From: Lepidodermella squamata
Lineage: Eukaryota > Animalia > Gastrotricha
Length of the DNA stretch: 64,000 nt
Direction of reading: 5' to 3'
Assembly (NCBI GenBank): GCA_047495785.1
Contig: JBLDXI010000007.1
Location: 4,092,001 to 4,156,000 of the forward strand
Shown here piece after piece: positions 13,103 to 25,000 of the stretch. How positions within the stretch are numbered: position 1 is the stretch's first letter; every line of letters starts with the position of its first letter. Below the pieces are notes generated by a model that saw nothing but the letters and a program-made list of their open reading frames with translations, did no database searches and was not told the origin of the DNA. The position numbers and the translations under genes are program-made.

Positions 13103-13230
13103 CAGTGCTCCCTCGATAACTGCACCCCCGCTATCAACACACCCTCTTTAACTGCAACTATTTTTTGGACTCTGAGCGGTCGCGTGGCACCATCTGTTTC
13201 GAGCAAAAAAACGCAAATCCCTCGTTAACA
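13103..13230 (+). mobile_element. Possible single Tc1/pogo-like terminal repeat with subterminal CCCTC..TAAC motifs
   Basis: CAGTGCTCCCTCGATAACTGC start with recurring CCCTCTTTAACTGC and CCCTCGTTAAC. No partner end found. Confidence 0.3.
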
Positions 13231-13551
13231 CTTTAACTGCCATTATCCGGATCGTATCGTAAAATATGCCTCCTTAATGGCCGAACTATAAACTCATAAA
13301 ACCTTCTTCCAAGCAGGGATTTTTTGATATTTTTATATCAAAAAATGCCCGCTTGTCCAGAAAATATCACCAAAAATCCCACTTGTCAAACACACAAGAG
13401 AAACCCAAAAAAGTTCAAGGAACACTTCAAAACGATTTTAATGAAAATCACAAAAATGGGGTGAAAATTGGGCAGAACTCCGGAAGAAAAAGCGCGAGAC
13501 CGGTATCAAATCGGGCAGCATTCACCTCCAACGAACTCTTGGCCATGAGCT

Positions 13552-13647
13552 CGTGAAAATCTGGCATAACTCGTGCAGAATTTCGCGAAAATTGAGCAGA
13601 ATTCGTCCGGAAATTCGCGACAAAAGAGCAGAATTTGTCCAGGGTAT
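13552..13647. repeat. Degenerate 32-bp tandem repeat, 3 copies
   Basis: Units CGTGAAAATCTGGCATAACTCGTGCAGAATTT, CGCGAAAATTGAGCAGAATTCGTCCGGAAATT, CGCGACAAAAGAGCAGAATTTGTCCAGGGTAT. Confidence 0.5.
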
Positions 13648-13740
13648 CTCGGGGATCAAGGAACAATCGGCCAGCTTTCGATGAAGATAGCTCAGGCAGC
13701 ATTGGATCCCAGAATCCGAGAAATCGCAACAGGGCATCGA

Positions 13741-13850
13741 GATTGAGCGTCGTGTACCGTTTCCGGTTTTGAATAGGGCGAAGGCAGGCGAAGAATGATC
13801 ATCACCCACCCCGACAGTCGAGGATTCTGCTTTTTGTATAGAATTCATAA
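13741..13850 (-). mobile_element. 3'-end fragment of a LINE related to the 21-26 kb element
   Basis: Reverse complement encodes NYEFYTKSRILDCRGG* (vs NYEFFGKSKIFNCGGG*) and shares GCCTGCCTTCGCCCT.TTCAAAACCGGAAACGGTACA.GACGCTCA with 26094-26139. Confidence 0.75.
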
Positions 13851-14242
13851 TTCATATTCTTACATTTTCGCCTTGTAAAAGTAAAAAATTGGGCTTTTTG
13901 GGCGTTACACTGTCACCTGTGTAACAGCATAAAAACCCTGATTAGAGGGCAATTTGAAACGCTGGTCATAGCTTCTCATCTTATGACAGATTTCAAAATG
14001 CTCAGACGATATAAAAAAATTGTCACCTGAAAGTCATTCGCAACAGACAGCCAAGAGGTGTACACTGCCGGCCGCGCCTGGTTTTCGAATCCCGCCTATG
14101 AATTTCTTCAGCGCTGTTCAGTTTGCAAAGTAGGATCCAGGTGCCAGTGTTTTTTAAACAGTTTAACAGTTTCCATTTCAAACACCCAACGAGCTTCAAT
14201 TTATACTTTTCAATGAGCTAGAACTAAGGTGGAACCAGTGCG

Positions 14243-14295
14243 GCTACTACGGCACGTGTGCTCTGCTGCGCCGAACGGTATTTAAAAACGAAAAA
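14243..14295. repeat. Dispersed repeat with an inverted copy at ~62466-62518
   Basis: GCTACTACGGCACGTG...GTATTTAAAAA.GAAAA present at both loci in opposite orientation. Confidence 0.5.
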
Positions 14296-14938
14296 TTCGT
14301 GAAGATATGTAATAATCTGCGACTAATCTGAGACGAAATTTTCTTATTATTCTTAATTTTGAGCTATCAGACGACCTAGCTAATGACTAATAATGAAGCC
14401 TAGTCTTGAATAGAAGCCGGCTTTTCCCCGTTTTTCGAGGTATCATTTTTTAAAGCCTGGGTTGGTACATCGGTAAGTACGGTAGAATGCGAGCTGCTCT
14501 TTCACGTGGGACAAGATTATGAACATATGGTACCTTCTTTCATTGCGGTTGTTGCCCTACATCAACACCGACGGCTTCTTCTCGACTAACCCTCCATTCT
14601 TCCGTCATTATACAACCACCCTGTCATTTCACCTCTCATTTTCTTTCATTCCGCAAGTTAACGCATGAAATCATAACTGATTTATTCGGCGTTTAAAAAC
14701 GCTTATCATTATTTGAAAGCCGATTGAAGATTGAAGATTACTAGCTGATTGGGACTTCGTTAAATTCTACTAAATATTGTGTAACATCGGTCAATATATT
14801 TTCGTATTTACAACACTAGCCGTCTGGTTGAGAAGGATCTCAAAGCATTCATCGGCAGCTGGAGAGAAAGCACAGTTCGATCACATTTGTTCAAATAGAC
14901 TGCTTAGATTCGCCGCACTAGAGGGGGATTCAATAGAA

Positions 14939-17702
14939 TCATAGCCGTTCGCAAAGAGCGTAGTTATTGATTATACATCTGTCAGTAATGAGCTTGTAGT
15001 CTGTTCGCTGCAAACCGACACCTGCAAAATACCATTGCTATGTTATTCCTGATAAGTTGTAATAATCGTGAACGCTGTTCGCCATTCGAAATAACAGCAG
15101 ATCGAAGAATTTCTCAGAACTTACAATGATGGATGCTACGCAGACCTGCCGGATTCGAGAAGGGCGGAAACGCAGTAGCTGTCGTGAACGTATCACCAGT
15201 CGACCAAACGAATGAATCGAAGTTTGCAGCGCGCCGACCGCCAATGTACACCTCCTTTTCGTCGGTGCCGTTCCACGACTGCAATGCCGCCTTCAGAACT
15301 GCCGCTACTGCCGGGCTTTTGACGATCGGCAGTGTTCTTTGAAGAGATTCGCAATACTGCGCGTGTTCGTCAAACCCTCCAACGACATTGCTAAGTTGGA
15401 TATCGTTAGGCTGTAAAAAAAATCAAGATCTGCAAATTACGCTCATCTTTGATCATAGACATTGATTACGCACATCGGTAGGGCGACTACAAGCCACTAA
15501 AGTCCGGCTAGAGCTGCAATTGGAATCTCTTAAACCATCCGGATTGACGCTGTATGTGAGACCTGTATAATGCGAAACGTCACATCATAAGGAGAACTTT
15601 TCTCGATTAGGAGGATTTATCTACCCGAGTTTCATGACTTATCACACAAGCATCACCAAACCACAGTCAAAATCGAACTCACATTCCCCCCGGCCCCAAG
15701 GTTCGGAAATTGTAGCCCAATAATTTGCCAAATAGAAGTCGACAATTGAGCCATCAAGCCAGCGGAATAATGCGGTTGCTGCTATCCAATACACATTGTC
15801 CGGGTAAACGGGGTTGTCGAGAGCCCTCTTGGCCAGTTCGTATTCTTCTTCAGTCTTAATCACTGCCAGCCGGGCATTTCCCTGACGAGCGCAAACTCCG
15901 ACAGTTGTCCTCCATTTATCCATTCCAGAGATGTCATTCGCGCGAATCCAGAAATAGCGATCTGAAAATAGAAAAAGTTGAATTTTCAGCCTCTGTGCAC
16001 TACAACTTGGCGAACAACCAGTCCTTACCTAATTCGCAAGTGTCGCCGCGGTAAGCCGCTGGGCAAGCGCAAGTTCTTGTTGCTGGTTGGTAGGTTCCAT
16101 TGTTCTTGCAATCTAGAGGCTGATCAGAAACAACTAGTTATTAGGATATCATCTTTTCATTGTATATTTCTACCAGTGAAATGTTCGCCTGGCATGAGGC
16201 ATAGTTATCAGCAAATGTTGAGGCTGATGAGAAGATTGCGAGCTGGCAGTATCGAATGGTGATCTCAAGAGGAGGACATGGATAATTGAGTCTTACCGTC
16301 TGCGTGCCTGAGGGGCACAAATTGTAGCAAGCTTCCCCAGTGGCAGTTAGACACTTTGCGACCCGCTTAAAAATAATAAATCGATAGATAAATCGACTTC
16401 TCATCGAAATTTACCCAACGGAGGCAATTTGCCCGATTCCTGTAAGTTCCCTGCGAATAGTCTGGGACATCGCTTCCACAGCCGGCTGAAGTGAGCCGGC
16501 AACCGACGAAATTGCGAGTTGTCGCGTCGAAACAGCGAATGTGAGGCTTCTCGCTGTCTGGTACTTGCACTGCACGCAAAACATAGCCATAATTTCATCA
16601 ATAATGGTCAAAATTTCATCGACTAACCGGCTCCGTTCAAACAAGAATTCAAATCGCCGTAGGGTACACTAGCGGCCGTCTAAATATTCAGGATTTGGGA
16701 TAGATTGATTTTATGATATGAAAGCCGACCGTATTTGCAGGGCATGGGAATTTGCCATCGACACTTGGAACGCACGTAACAGTTTGTCCATTTGAAGTAC
16801 ATCGTCGAAATGGTTGGTTCTAGGATGATAAATTCAGGGAGAATCGTTTCACTTCTTGACGGAGGTAAGCTTACGCCGAAATTACTGATAGCATCTCTGC
16901 ATGCCTTCAGATTAGCACTCAGTAACAGGCTGCCTCGATAAAAAGTTAGCTGTTCGGTGAACGGAAAAGAATTCGCAATTGTAGTTTTGCTAACAAAAAA
17001 CGCACCGCGATTTCATCGGCATCACACTTATCCGAACCGGTGGTGCATCGCGGAGTGATTGCTGCAAATCTATAACAAATTTTACCGGTCTAAGAACAAA
17101 ACTTTCAGCCTCTAAAAATATCGGCTAAAACCAGCATACGCCTCGAACACAAGATGTAGAATCTTTGGTGCCATAGTTAACCTGCGTGTGAAATGATGAA
17201 AGGGAAAATTAAGACAGATCTGCAAAGAAAGTGCGAGAAGAATTTAATCAGACCTATTACTTCACTATTCGCTTACAAGAAATTAGGATTTTGCGATTGT
17301 GTCCGAAAAGCCGCGTCGGTCTTTGGTCACGAAGTGGGGAAGATCTTTGATCCTAACTTGGATAAAATGTCATTCAAGAATAGCTTGCCGCATGCTACTT
17401 TGCTTTTGGTCAGAGCATTTGAAGTCTTTCGCGCAGTTGATTTTCCGAGAATTTCTATTATGGTTCAGTTTTGGTATAAGCTCGATGTCAAAATGAAAAT
17501 GTTATGAAATAGGGAGATCGAAAAGTGCGTTGATGCGAGATGTCTCTACCTGATATTCTGTCATAGTCCGACAGGTGGGGGCGTCATTTCGGCATTGAAC
17601 GAACGTGTTGTCGAATTGTGAGAAGCAGCGAAGCCAATCGAAACACGAAGCTGATTGGATTAGGATTGCGGCAACGGCCAATAGCAGACAGGGGCTATTC
17701 AT
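14939..17702 (-). CDS. Secreted 4-Cys-repeat/EGF/double C-type-lectin protein (copy 2)
   Basis: Signal MNSPCLLLAVAAILIQSASC; EGF CKNNGTYQPATRTCACPAAYRGDTCE; CTLD YWIAATALFRWLDGS; ends ALCERL*. Exon-by-exon paralogue of copy 1. Confidence 0.75.
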
Positions 17703-18126
17703 TTGATTATTTTTTAGAAAATAACTGAAAATCTTAGGATAGGTAGCTTTAAAGCCGTTTCGCCTGATTGATCGAACGATTGATTGCAGCTCCCATTAAA
17801 AAATTCATTAAAAGTAAAAATGAATAGATAAGATAGGTGTATTGAATGGAAGGAGCACGTGGCAATACTACTTTACAAACACGCGATTGCACATTATAGT
17901 GAGAAAAAATCAAAAACATAAAATAATAAGGGTGGCAACAACTTGTTTACTACTGGGCGAGAACACACGTTACGATGAAGGGCACACGCGCGTCTGTATG
18001 GGCATCATGAGCTCGTGGGCTCGCTGGTTTTGCGTAGCTGGTTCGAGCCCGTGTGTTAAAATTATAACAATTGTCGGATTTGACCAATATGCGAGACTAA
18101 CTGCTGAAAATCGGTACTGTTCAGCC

Positions 18127-18755
18127 CTTGGAGGAATAGACATGGAGTCAGCACGGCCATTTATCATCGCTCACTATCAGTGGACAAAGGGCAAGTTGCG
18201 CAGCGTGGTATCCGGTCCCCTCGCGCTCGGGTGTGCGCACGTAACACCCTTCGTTGTCCAATCCGCGCGCAGTTTGGGTCGAAGTTAGTGCGCGCGCGCG
18301 TCAAAAACGCCTAAATTTTTACTTTTTGGCGTTTTAATCGACTCTTTGCTATTGAACAGGAATTATGCAAGAAACGATACCAATTTCTAGACCTAGAGTG
18401 AACTAAGGGCTTTCGACTGGTGTTTTCAACTTTTCTGAGGAAATTACCGTTGTCATGAAACATTTCGGATAAAATGCCCGAAAATTTCTCCTGATAGCTA
18501 AATAAGTCAGCAACGGTAGGTGATATCGAAATGATTTCAATTTCTAGCCCTTCTCCTCGAAATACCTGTTTCATCAAAAAAAACTGGGATGTATTCCGAT
18601 TTACCATTGTTGAGAAACAATCCGAAAACAATTTGCATTGAGGGGTGCAGGAGCTAAAAATACTGCGCGCGCGGGCGAGGCGGCGCGCACCCCGTTGTGC
18701 GCGCGATATGATCTCGTTAATAGGGTCGTGCTCACTCCATGTCTATTCCTCCAAG
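18127..18755. mobile_element. Non-autonomous TIR element with 8-bp TSD (hAT/P-like), 629 bp
   Basis: ~32-bp TIR CTTGGAGGAATAGACATGGAGT(C/G)AGCACG(G/A)CC; perfect TSD GTTCAGCC at 18119-18126 and 18756-18763. Confidence 0.88.
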
Positions 18756-18869
18756 GTTCAGCCTAAACGACTGTTCAGCTTGATTCGATTTGATTAGGCA
18801 TATTTGACCAGAAGTCGACGTAATTGCAGGCTAGTGTTGACTGTGACGGTGAACGACGCCACTCGTCAT

Positions 18870-19150
18870 AGTTTCTGATGGAAGCACAGTTTCTGGTGAA
18901 AATGGTCCCATTCTTCGTAGCGATACCTGAAATTACAAAAAATTGAACCAAATCGCCGCCGGAAAACTTGAACGCTCACAATGACTGCCTGTATCAAGAT
19001 TTGACGGTTGTAAAAAGGCTTCGACTGCTGAAGTTCTAACGAATGCCAGCCGTTGACCTTTAGCCTGGCAATAGGCTACATGAGCCGCAAAGTCACCGGA
19101 ACTAGCCGTGAGTTCGAAGACCTGGTTCTATTGGACAATAACAGGGGACA
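18870..19150 (-). pseudogene. Truncated third copy of the C-type-lectin gene (last two exons, internal deletion)
   Basis: VFELTASSGDFAAHVAYCQAKGQRL and GIATKNGTIFTRNC match copy-1 exons at ~10690-10795 and ~10420-10462. Confidence 0.7.
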
Positions 19151-19584
19151 TCTATTTGCATTGAAGCGAGAGTATTGAATTCACGAACGTTAGTGAGACT
19201 CTGACAAGCCCTGACTTGCCGTGTGCGTATTTTTTTATCCAATTAACGATGTTTATGAGATCGGCCTCGCTAATTGGCCAAAAAAATCAACTAATTGGCG
19301 TTCGCGCGTGTATTTCCGCTGAGCTTTTGGTCCATAAAACCTTAATCAACCTAATTATCCCAGCATTCATCAGCTTTCGAACCTGATCGAAACCATTCTT
19401 TTTTCTCTCGACTTTCATCGGTGTAATTTTTTCAAGCAACCATTTGAAACGCTTCAATTTGTAATTGAACAGATGAGATTGTTGCACCCTAATACCCATG
19501 GTAGCCATCAAATCTAGGCAGATCGCCGAGGTATAGCGGAATTTAATATACCTAGACCCTATCTCTCTGCTGTGTGTAATGATA

Positions 19585-19772
19585 TCGTTAGCGTCATTGA
19601 ATAACTCGGATTTAGGCTTGTTTACATCCATTTCACAGTGATAGATGGCAAATAAAAAGTTTTTGTTTCTGCCTATTCATTCATACTCAAAAAGCCGCTT
19701 TTTACTTGTTACCCGTGGCCTTGAAACGAATGTAAACAAGTCTAAATCCGAGTTATTCAACGACGCTAACGA
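19585..19772. mobile_element. ~190-bp MITE-like foldback flanked by TA
   Basis: ~45-bp inverted arms TCGTTAGCGTC(A/G)TTGAATAACTCGGATTTAG(G/A)CTTGTTTACAT; TA on both sides. Confidence 0.65.
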
Positions 19773-21154
19773 TACGCTTTGATAGTAGATAGGTCCGATT
19801 TATTCGGAATTTTCGCAATTCTCTTGTTATGCCATTTTAGTCAACAAAATCATTTCGCGGATGCATACCCAGTCTTTGATGTGAGGGGATGAGTTGAGCG
19901 TCGAGGGAGGTTCGGAAGCATTGTAGGTAGGTCTGTAATAGCTTTAGTGTAATAGCTGGGATTAGGCTTTTGAGCTTTACAGATATTGAATGCTTTTCGG
20001 TTAAGAATTCTCTGCTGTACCTGAAAAGCTAATTCCACGCGGCTAACGGGTGAAGCTGAGGCATTATGTTGTTACCCACGGCTTACATGCCGTGATGCTA
20101 CCTTGGAAAGTGCTGCTTTTCTTAGTCCTAGTTTCATGCCTGTAACTCCCAATATAACTGATGCAATCGATGTAGTACCGCTTGAGAAAGGAACAGCCGC
20201 TGAATAGTTGGAGGCTGTCGATCTCAAAAGTCTGATGAGCTTTGTTTAATTTTGCGATTTTTGCGTTGGATTGGGTTGGACGTTAAAGTCGGGGCCAATG
20301 TAGCGATCAAGGAGAACGCCGTGCGAGCGATGATGACCAATTGGCTTGAAAAGCTGATCGAGGCAATGAGACACGCGGTTTTGGATGTTTTCTTGTGGGC
20401 TGAATGTTCGAACGAGCATTCAAGTGGACACGTGAGGAACAGTGTTTGGTAACTTGGGGGTTGCGAATTAGACTTGGCTTTGTCGTGAAATTTGACATTT
20501 TCCTGAGATTTCAAGGAGTGCTAGTAATCTCTTCGTTTTCTGCATTTAGCTGAGATCAGCCTACTTCTTCAGAACTACGATTTATGATCGCGGAAAATCA
20601 AGTATTTGACCCAGATACTCGATAAAGTAGACATCGAGTACGAAGGAATGACTGTTAGAATCACCTTGTTGATATGGTCAAAGCATCTTTTCTGAGCTTG
20701 TCTCTGCGAAAATATAGGGAATGCTTCAATTAAATGCAATTCATTCAATCTTTTGTTTGAATTTAATGTTGTTTTAGGTAACTGCTGTCCACCAAATGGC
20801 CCCATAACAACTCAATTTATCGGTAATTGTTTTGCTGAGTTTGAGACGTTCACTAAAAATTACACTTTTGCAGGTTGTCTGTCAGGCCCGCAGCGAGGCG
20901 AAGAGCAATCAGATCACAGGAATTTATTAGCAAGAAACTATTATGTATATATAAAGAAGATTACGAAGATATTCTGTACCAATGTCGCGATACATATTTA
21001 TTTTAATTTAATTAATTCGGAATAAAATGTTATCGAATTTGTTATTTTTATAACTTGGATGGTGTATTATTTGCTACCCACCTTTAAAAGGTGGGTAGCA
21101 TCTGCGAATTTAATTTGTGTCTAAGAGATTTCTTAAATAAATAATTGACTGGAA

Positions 21155-22000
21155 ATGGCGATAAAATTGGCAACGGCGGAAGAATTCGCAGCACTCCATC
21201 TGCTGATCGACGAAATCACTGACGTCGCGCTAAAGGAGAAAATCCGTCGCTCTGTAGCAATGATTCAAACGGAAGTGCTCGTCGGCTTGGCAACGAAACA
21301 AGCTGATGCGGAGACGGAGATGAAGCAGCACCTCATCGAGAAGCTAGTCAATCAAGACCGACTGGAGATAACAGGTTTGCCTGAAGAAGACTGGGAAGAA
21401 GCAGTAAAGAAGCTACTGCCGAAAAACCTAGCGAGGTGGAGACCTCAGGAGCGCAAGGCCAATGGAGCTGTCATCATTGAGCTCATCGAGGACGCTCGTA
21501 GGTCCAAGGAGAAAATTCTAACTGAGTCAAAGAACTGGAAGGCGGGCTTAAGAGCAAGTCCCGTGAGGACTGGACACATGCGAGAGGTGTCAGACATTCT
21601 CGCAGAAGAAAAACGAACGCTTGAAGCGCAGGGCCATAAAGGAATCGAGATCAGAGGTGCAAACTTAGTACAAGGGCGAACAACGCTCACCACGTACTGC
21701 TCGCGTGCCAAGGAGCTTGTAGCGATTCACGAGCCGAACGAGGAATTCAAGCCGGAACCGGAAAGAGCTGGACCACAATGTTTCAGCTGTGGAGGCTTTG
21801 GTCATATCCAATACCATTGTCCAAACTTCAACTACACTGGTGAGCAGGAAGGAAACGGCTTCTACCACCAACAACAGCAACGACCAAATAATCGAAACCA
21901 GTTCAACAACCGCAACAACAATCGCAACGGCAACAACAACTACAACTACGGCCGAAATTACGGTTACGGCGGGCAAGGCGGCAGGGCTAACTACTGGTAG
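21155..22000 (+). CDS. LINE ORF1 (coiled coil, LEITGLPEE RRM-like motif, CCHC knuckle, N/Q/G/Y-rich tail)
   Basis: CFSCGGFGHIQYHC zinc knuckle; lies directly upstream of APE-RT. Confidence 0.85.
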   Translation: MAIKLATAEEFAALHLLIDEITDVALKEKIRRSVAMIQTEVLVGLATKQADAETEMKQHLIEKLVNQDRLEITGLPEEDWEEAVKKLLPKNLARWRPQERKANGAVIIELIEDARRSKEKILTESKNWKAGLRASPVRTGHMREVSDILAEEKRTLEAQGHKGIEIRGANLVQGRTTLTTYCSRAKELVAIHEPNEEFKPEPERAGPQCFSCGGFGHIQYHCPNFNYTGEQEGNGFYHQQQQRPNNRNQFNNRNNNRNGNNNYNYGRNYGYGGQGGRANYW

Positions 22001-25000
22001 GACCGATACCCACCCCCATGCGAAAATAGATTCGAACTTTTGACGGACTTGAATGACTACGATCAATCTGTGCTATCAACTAGCTGTGATGAAGAGGGCG
22101 AAGGCAACGCAAAGAAGGGCAAGAAAATTCTAAAAAAGCGGCAAAAAAGTAAGAGTAAAACAATCTTGCGCCAATCAACGATTGATGAAGAAAATTCTAT
22201 ACAAACTCCTGTAGATAATGATAAGTCTGGGATCGCATTTAAAATTTGCACGATAAACATAACCACATTAAATAAGAAACAAGAGGAAGCAAATTATGAA
22301 TTTCGTATGTATGACGCAGTGGCGGTACAAGAGCTCTGCTTAAAAGGCCAAGGCCACATAAATCTGAGGCATGGCACACTGTACTACAGCGGCGTAAATG
22401 ATGGTAGGGCCCAATCAGGAACAGGCCTCTATGTGCGTCGTTGTAAGCACATACAAGTTATTGAGGTCAAAAATATCAATGAACGTATTATATCGGCTAG
22501 GCTTAAAGTAAATCGCGATATGTTTAACATCCTTTCTGGGTACGTTTCTTTATTATCAACAGATTTTATTGAAAACAAGGCAAAAAACAGATACCATTTC
22601 TTTATCCATTTATGTTAAAAACAACCAGCAGTGAGTATTTCTTTATTCTGATTTTGTTAGTAGCAAAAACAATAATCAGAGGCATTTCTTTATTCGATTT
22701 TTTGCACTAACAAAATCTCGTTTATCAAATGAAACACTTTGAATTTGTTATTAGATTAAATCGATAAAGAAATGGTTAGCTATGTAATTGCTTTGGCGAC
22801 CTAAGAAGTCAATAGAATCTGTCATATTTTGACAGGTGTAGTATTTGGCCTCTGGCCAACTGAAATTTCAGTTGTATTGAGGATCATAATGTTTCGAACG
22901 GTTTCATTTTGAAATTTGCATATAGGAAATCAACAGAAAATACTGCAAATCTGCGCATTTAGCCTATGTTTTCAAGTGCCGACATTTCAGCCGGGTCAAT
23001 TGAGCCCGATGTGAAGCGCTAAGTCAAATGAAAACAAAGATATCATTTTTCAGACTCAAAGGTGAAGCAAGCTTTGACGCAATACAAAAGATTCTCTGTT
23101 TGACGACATTTTCGCCGGCGACAAATAAGCAATTCATAATGCGATCAATGTAATTAATTTGATCCGAAATTGTATTGAAGCTAAGCTAAGCTTGAATTTC
23201 AAATTTCAATTCAAGGCTGATCTGTCACTTGCTGGACTGTCGCCAGCGCAAATGTCGGCGAATATCGATTTTGCATTATCTTCGACCGGAACCGTAAAAT
23301 TTCAAAACTGTCCTAATGACATTACTATATCAGCGGGTTTGTCGCTTGCTGAAGTGTCGCAAGCCCATAAATAATTGGGCTGGTAGCTCGGCATAATGAA
23401 TCATCAAGCATGACTTGGAAGAAATGAGCAGAAAAATAATTTATTTTCTTCCTCTGCCTACGTTGGGCTGGGTCTTGATGCGTGCGACTTAGAAAAAATT
23501 GCTCCAAAAACGACTCGACGAGTGGTTGGTAATTTTGGGCAAAAAACATGTTTAATGAATGAAACGCTGGCTGATTATTATAGTAGCTTCAACAATAACC
23601 AGAATAAAGAAATAACTTTTTGTTGAACTAAAAATTCCAACAAAAATAAAGAAATGGTCTGTTTATGGCTTGTTTTGTTAATAATTTCATCTCTGTTGGA
23701 GATAAAGAAACGTACCCTCTGTCTATGCACCAGCCAATAACTGTACTAAATCTCTAGATGCCTTTATCCAAGTATTACAACAAGAATTTTCTCGTGTCAA
23801 TTCAAAAAAAGGCACCACCATTATAATGGGCGACTTGAACGGGCGCGTCGTAAGATACTAAATCTAACCTTCTGGATGCCGCCAGAACCTCCTGCGGTGA
23901 ACGGAAAAAGGGCACAGTTAGTGAAAAACCGCCCTGGTGGACACCTTTGGCCAATCAAATCATTCAAAAAGGGAAAGAAAATTTTAGAAATTACACTAAG
24001 GGCCGAATAGACCGAGAAAATTTCACAATTGCTAGGAATGAGAAAAATCATGCCCTTGAACGTCTGAAAATTTTTAAGGATCAAACTGAATTCTCGGAAT
24101 TGGACAAATTACTTGAAAACCCTACTGATTATGATAATATCAAAAAATTCTGGAAATTAAAAAGCTGAGAGGAGAGAGCAGAGAGAAAAGCGAACCCCAG
24201 CCTCTAGGAAAGGAAGACGGTTCACTTACCAGCGGAATAGACGAAATTTTGGAAGTAATGAAATCTTATTTTATGGATCTTTTACAAGGGCTTGAAAACG
24301 AACCCAATAACCCCGACAGCGACATTTTCTTAGATGAAAATCCAAATTTAACTGAAATTACTCTCACCGAAATTAAAAACGCCATCGACCACATGAAAAA
24401 TGGTAAAGCCCCGGGGATAGATGAAATTAGACCCGAAATGATTAAGGCCTTAAGCGAGGCCAATATTGAATGGCTCAAGGAAATTTTGAATCGAGCTTGG
24501 ACTGATAAGAGGGTCCCTGAAGAATGGTCAACGGCGATAATTACCCCAATTTATAAAAACAAAGGTGAGAAGTCAAAATGTCAAAATTACAGAGGCATAA
24601 GCCTCTTAAGTGTTGTAGGAAAACTGTATGCCATTATCCTTGAACGAAAATTAAGATCATTGATTGGCTCAAAAATCTCTAAATTACAATTCGGTTTTCA
24701 GCCCCTTAAGGGCACCAGAGACTGCATCTATGTCCTGCGACAAATCATCGAAAAAATTATGTTGTTTAAGAAAGAACTTCATTTAGTTTTTATAGACCTC
24801 GAAAAAGCCTATGATCTGGTCGATAGAGAAAAAGTATGGGCCGCCCTCCAAAACATGGGTGTAGACCCTAGTTTAATTGAAGCTATCCAAAGTCTATATA
24901 AAGTTAATAAAGTCGCTGTTAGAGTAGATTCTGAGCTCTCAGATTTCTTCTATGTAACTAGGGGTTTAAGACAAGGTTGCCCACTGTCCCCTTTGCTATT

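Noticed and set aside
13552-13647. CRISPR-like array
   Set aside because: Contiguous degenerate repeats without spacers, eukaryotic context, no cas genes.
19850-20760. Coding-looking minus-strand segment
   Set aside because: Stops in all frames and no recognisable motif.
9272-22000. Organism-wide UAG reassignment, suggested by two in-frame TAG junctions
   Set aside because: Other genes end naturally at TAG (10380, 28813, 37399, 42016, 45241).
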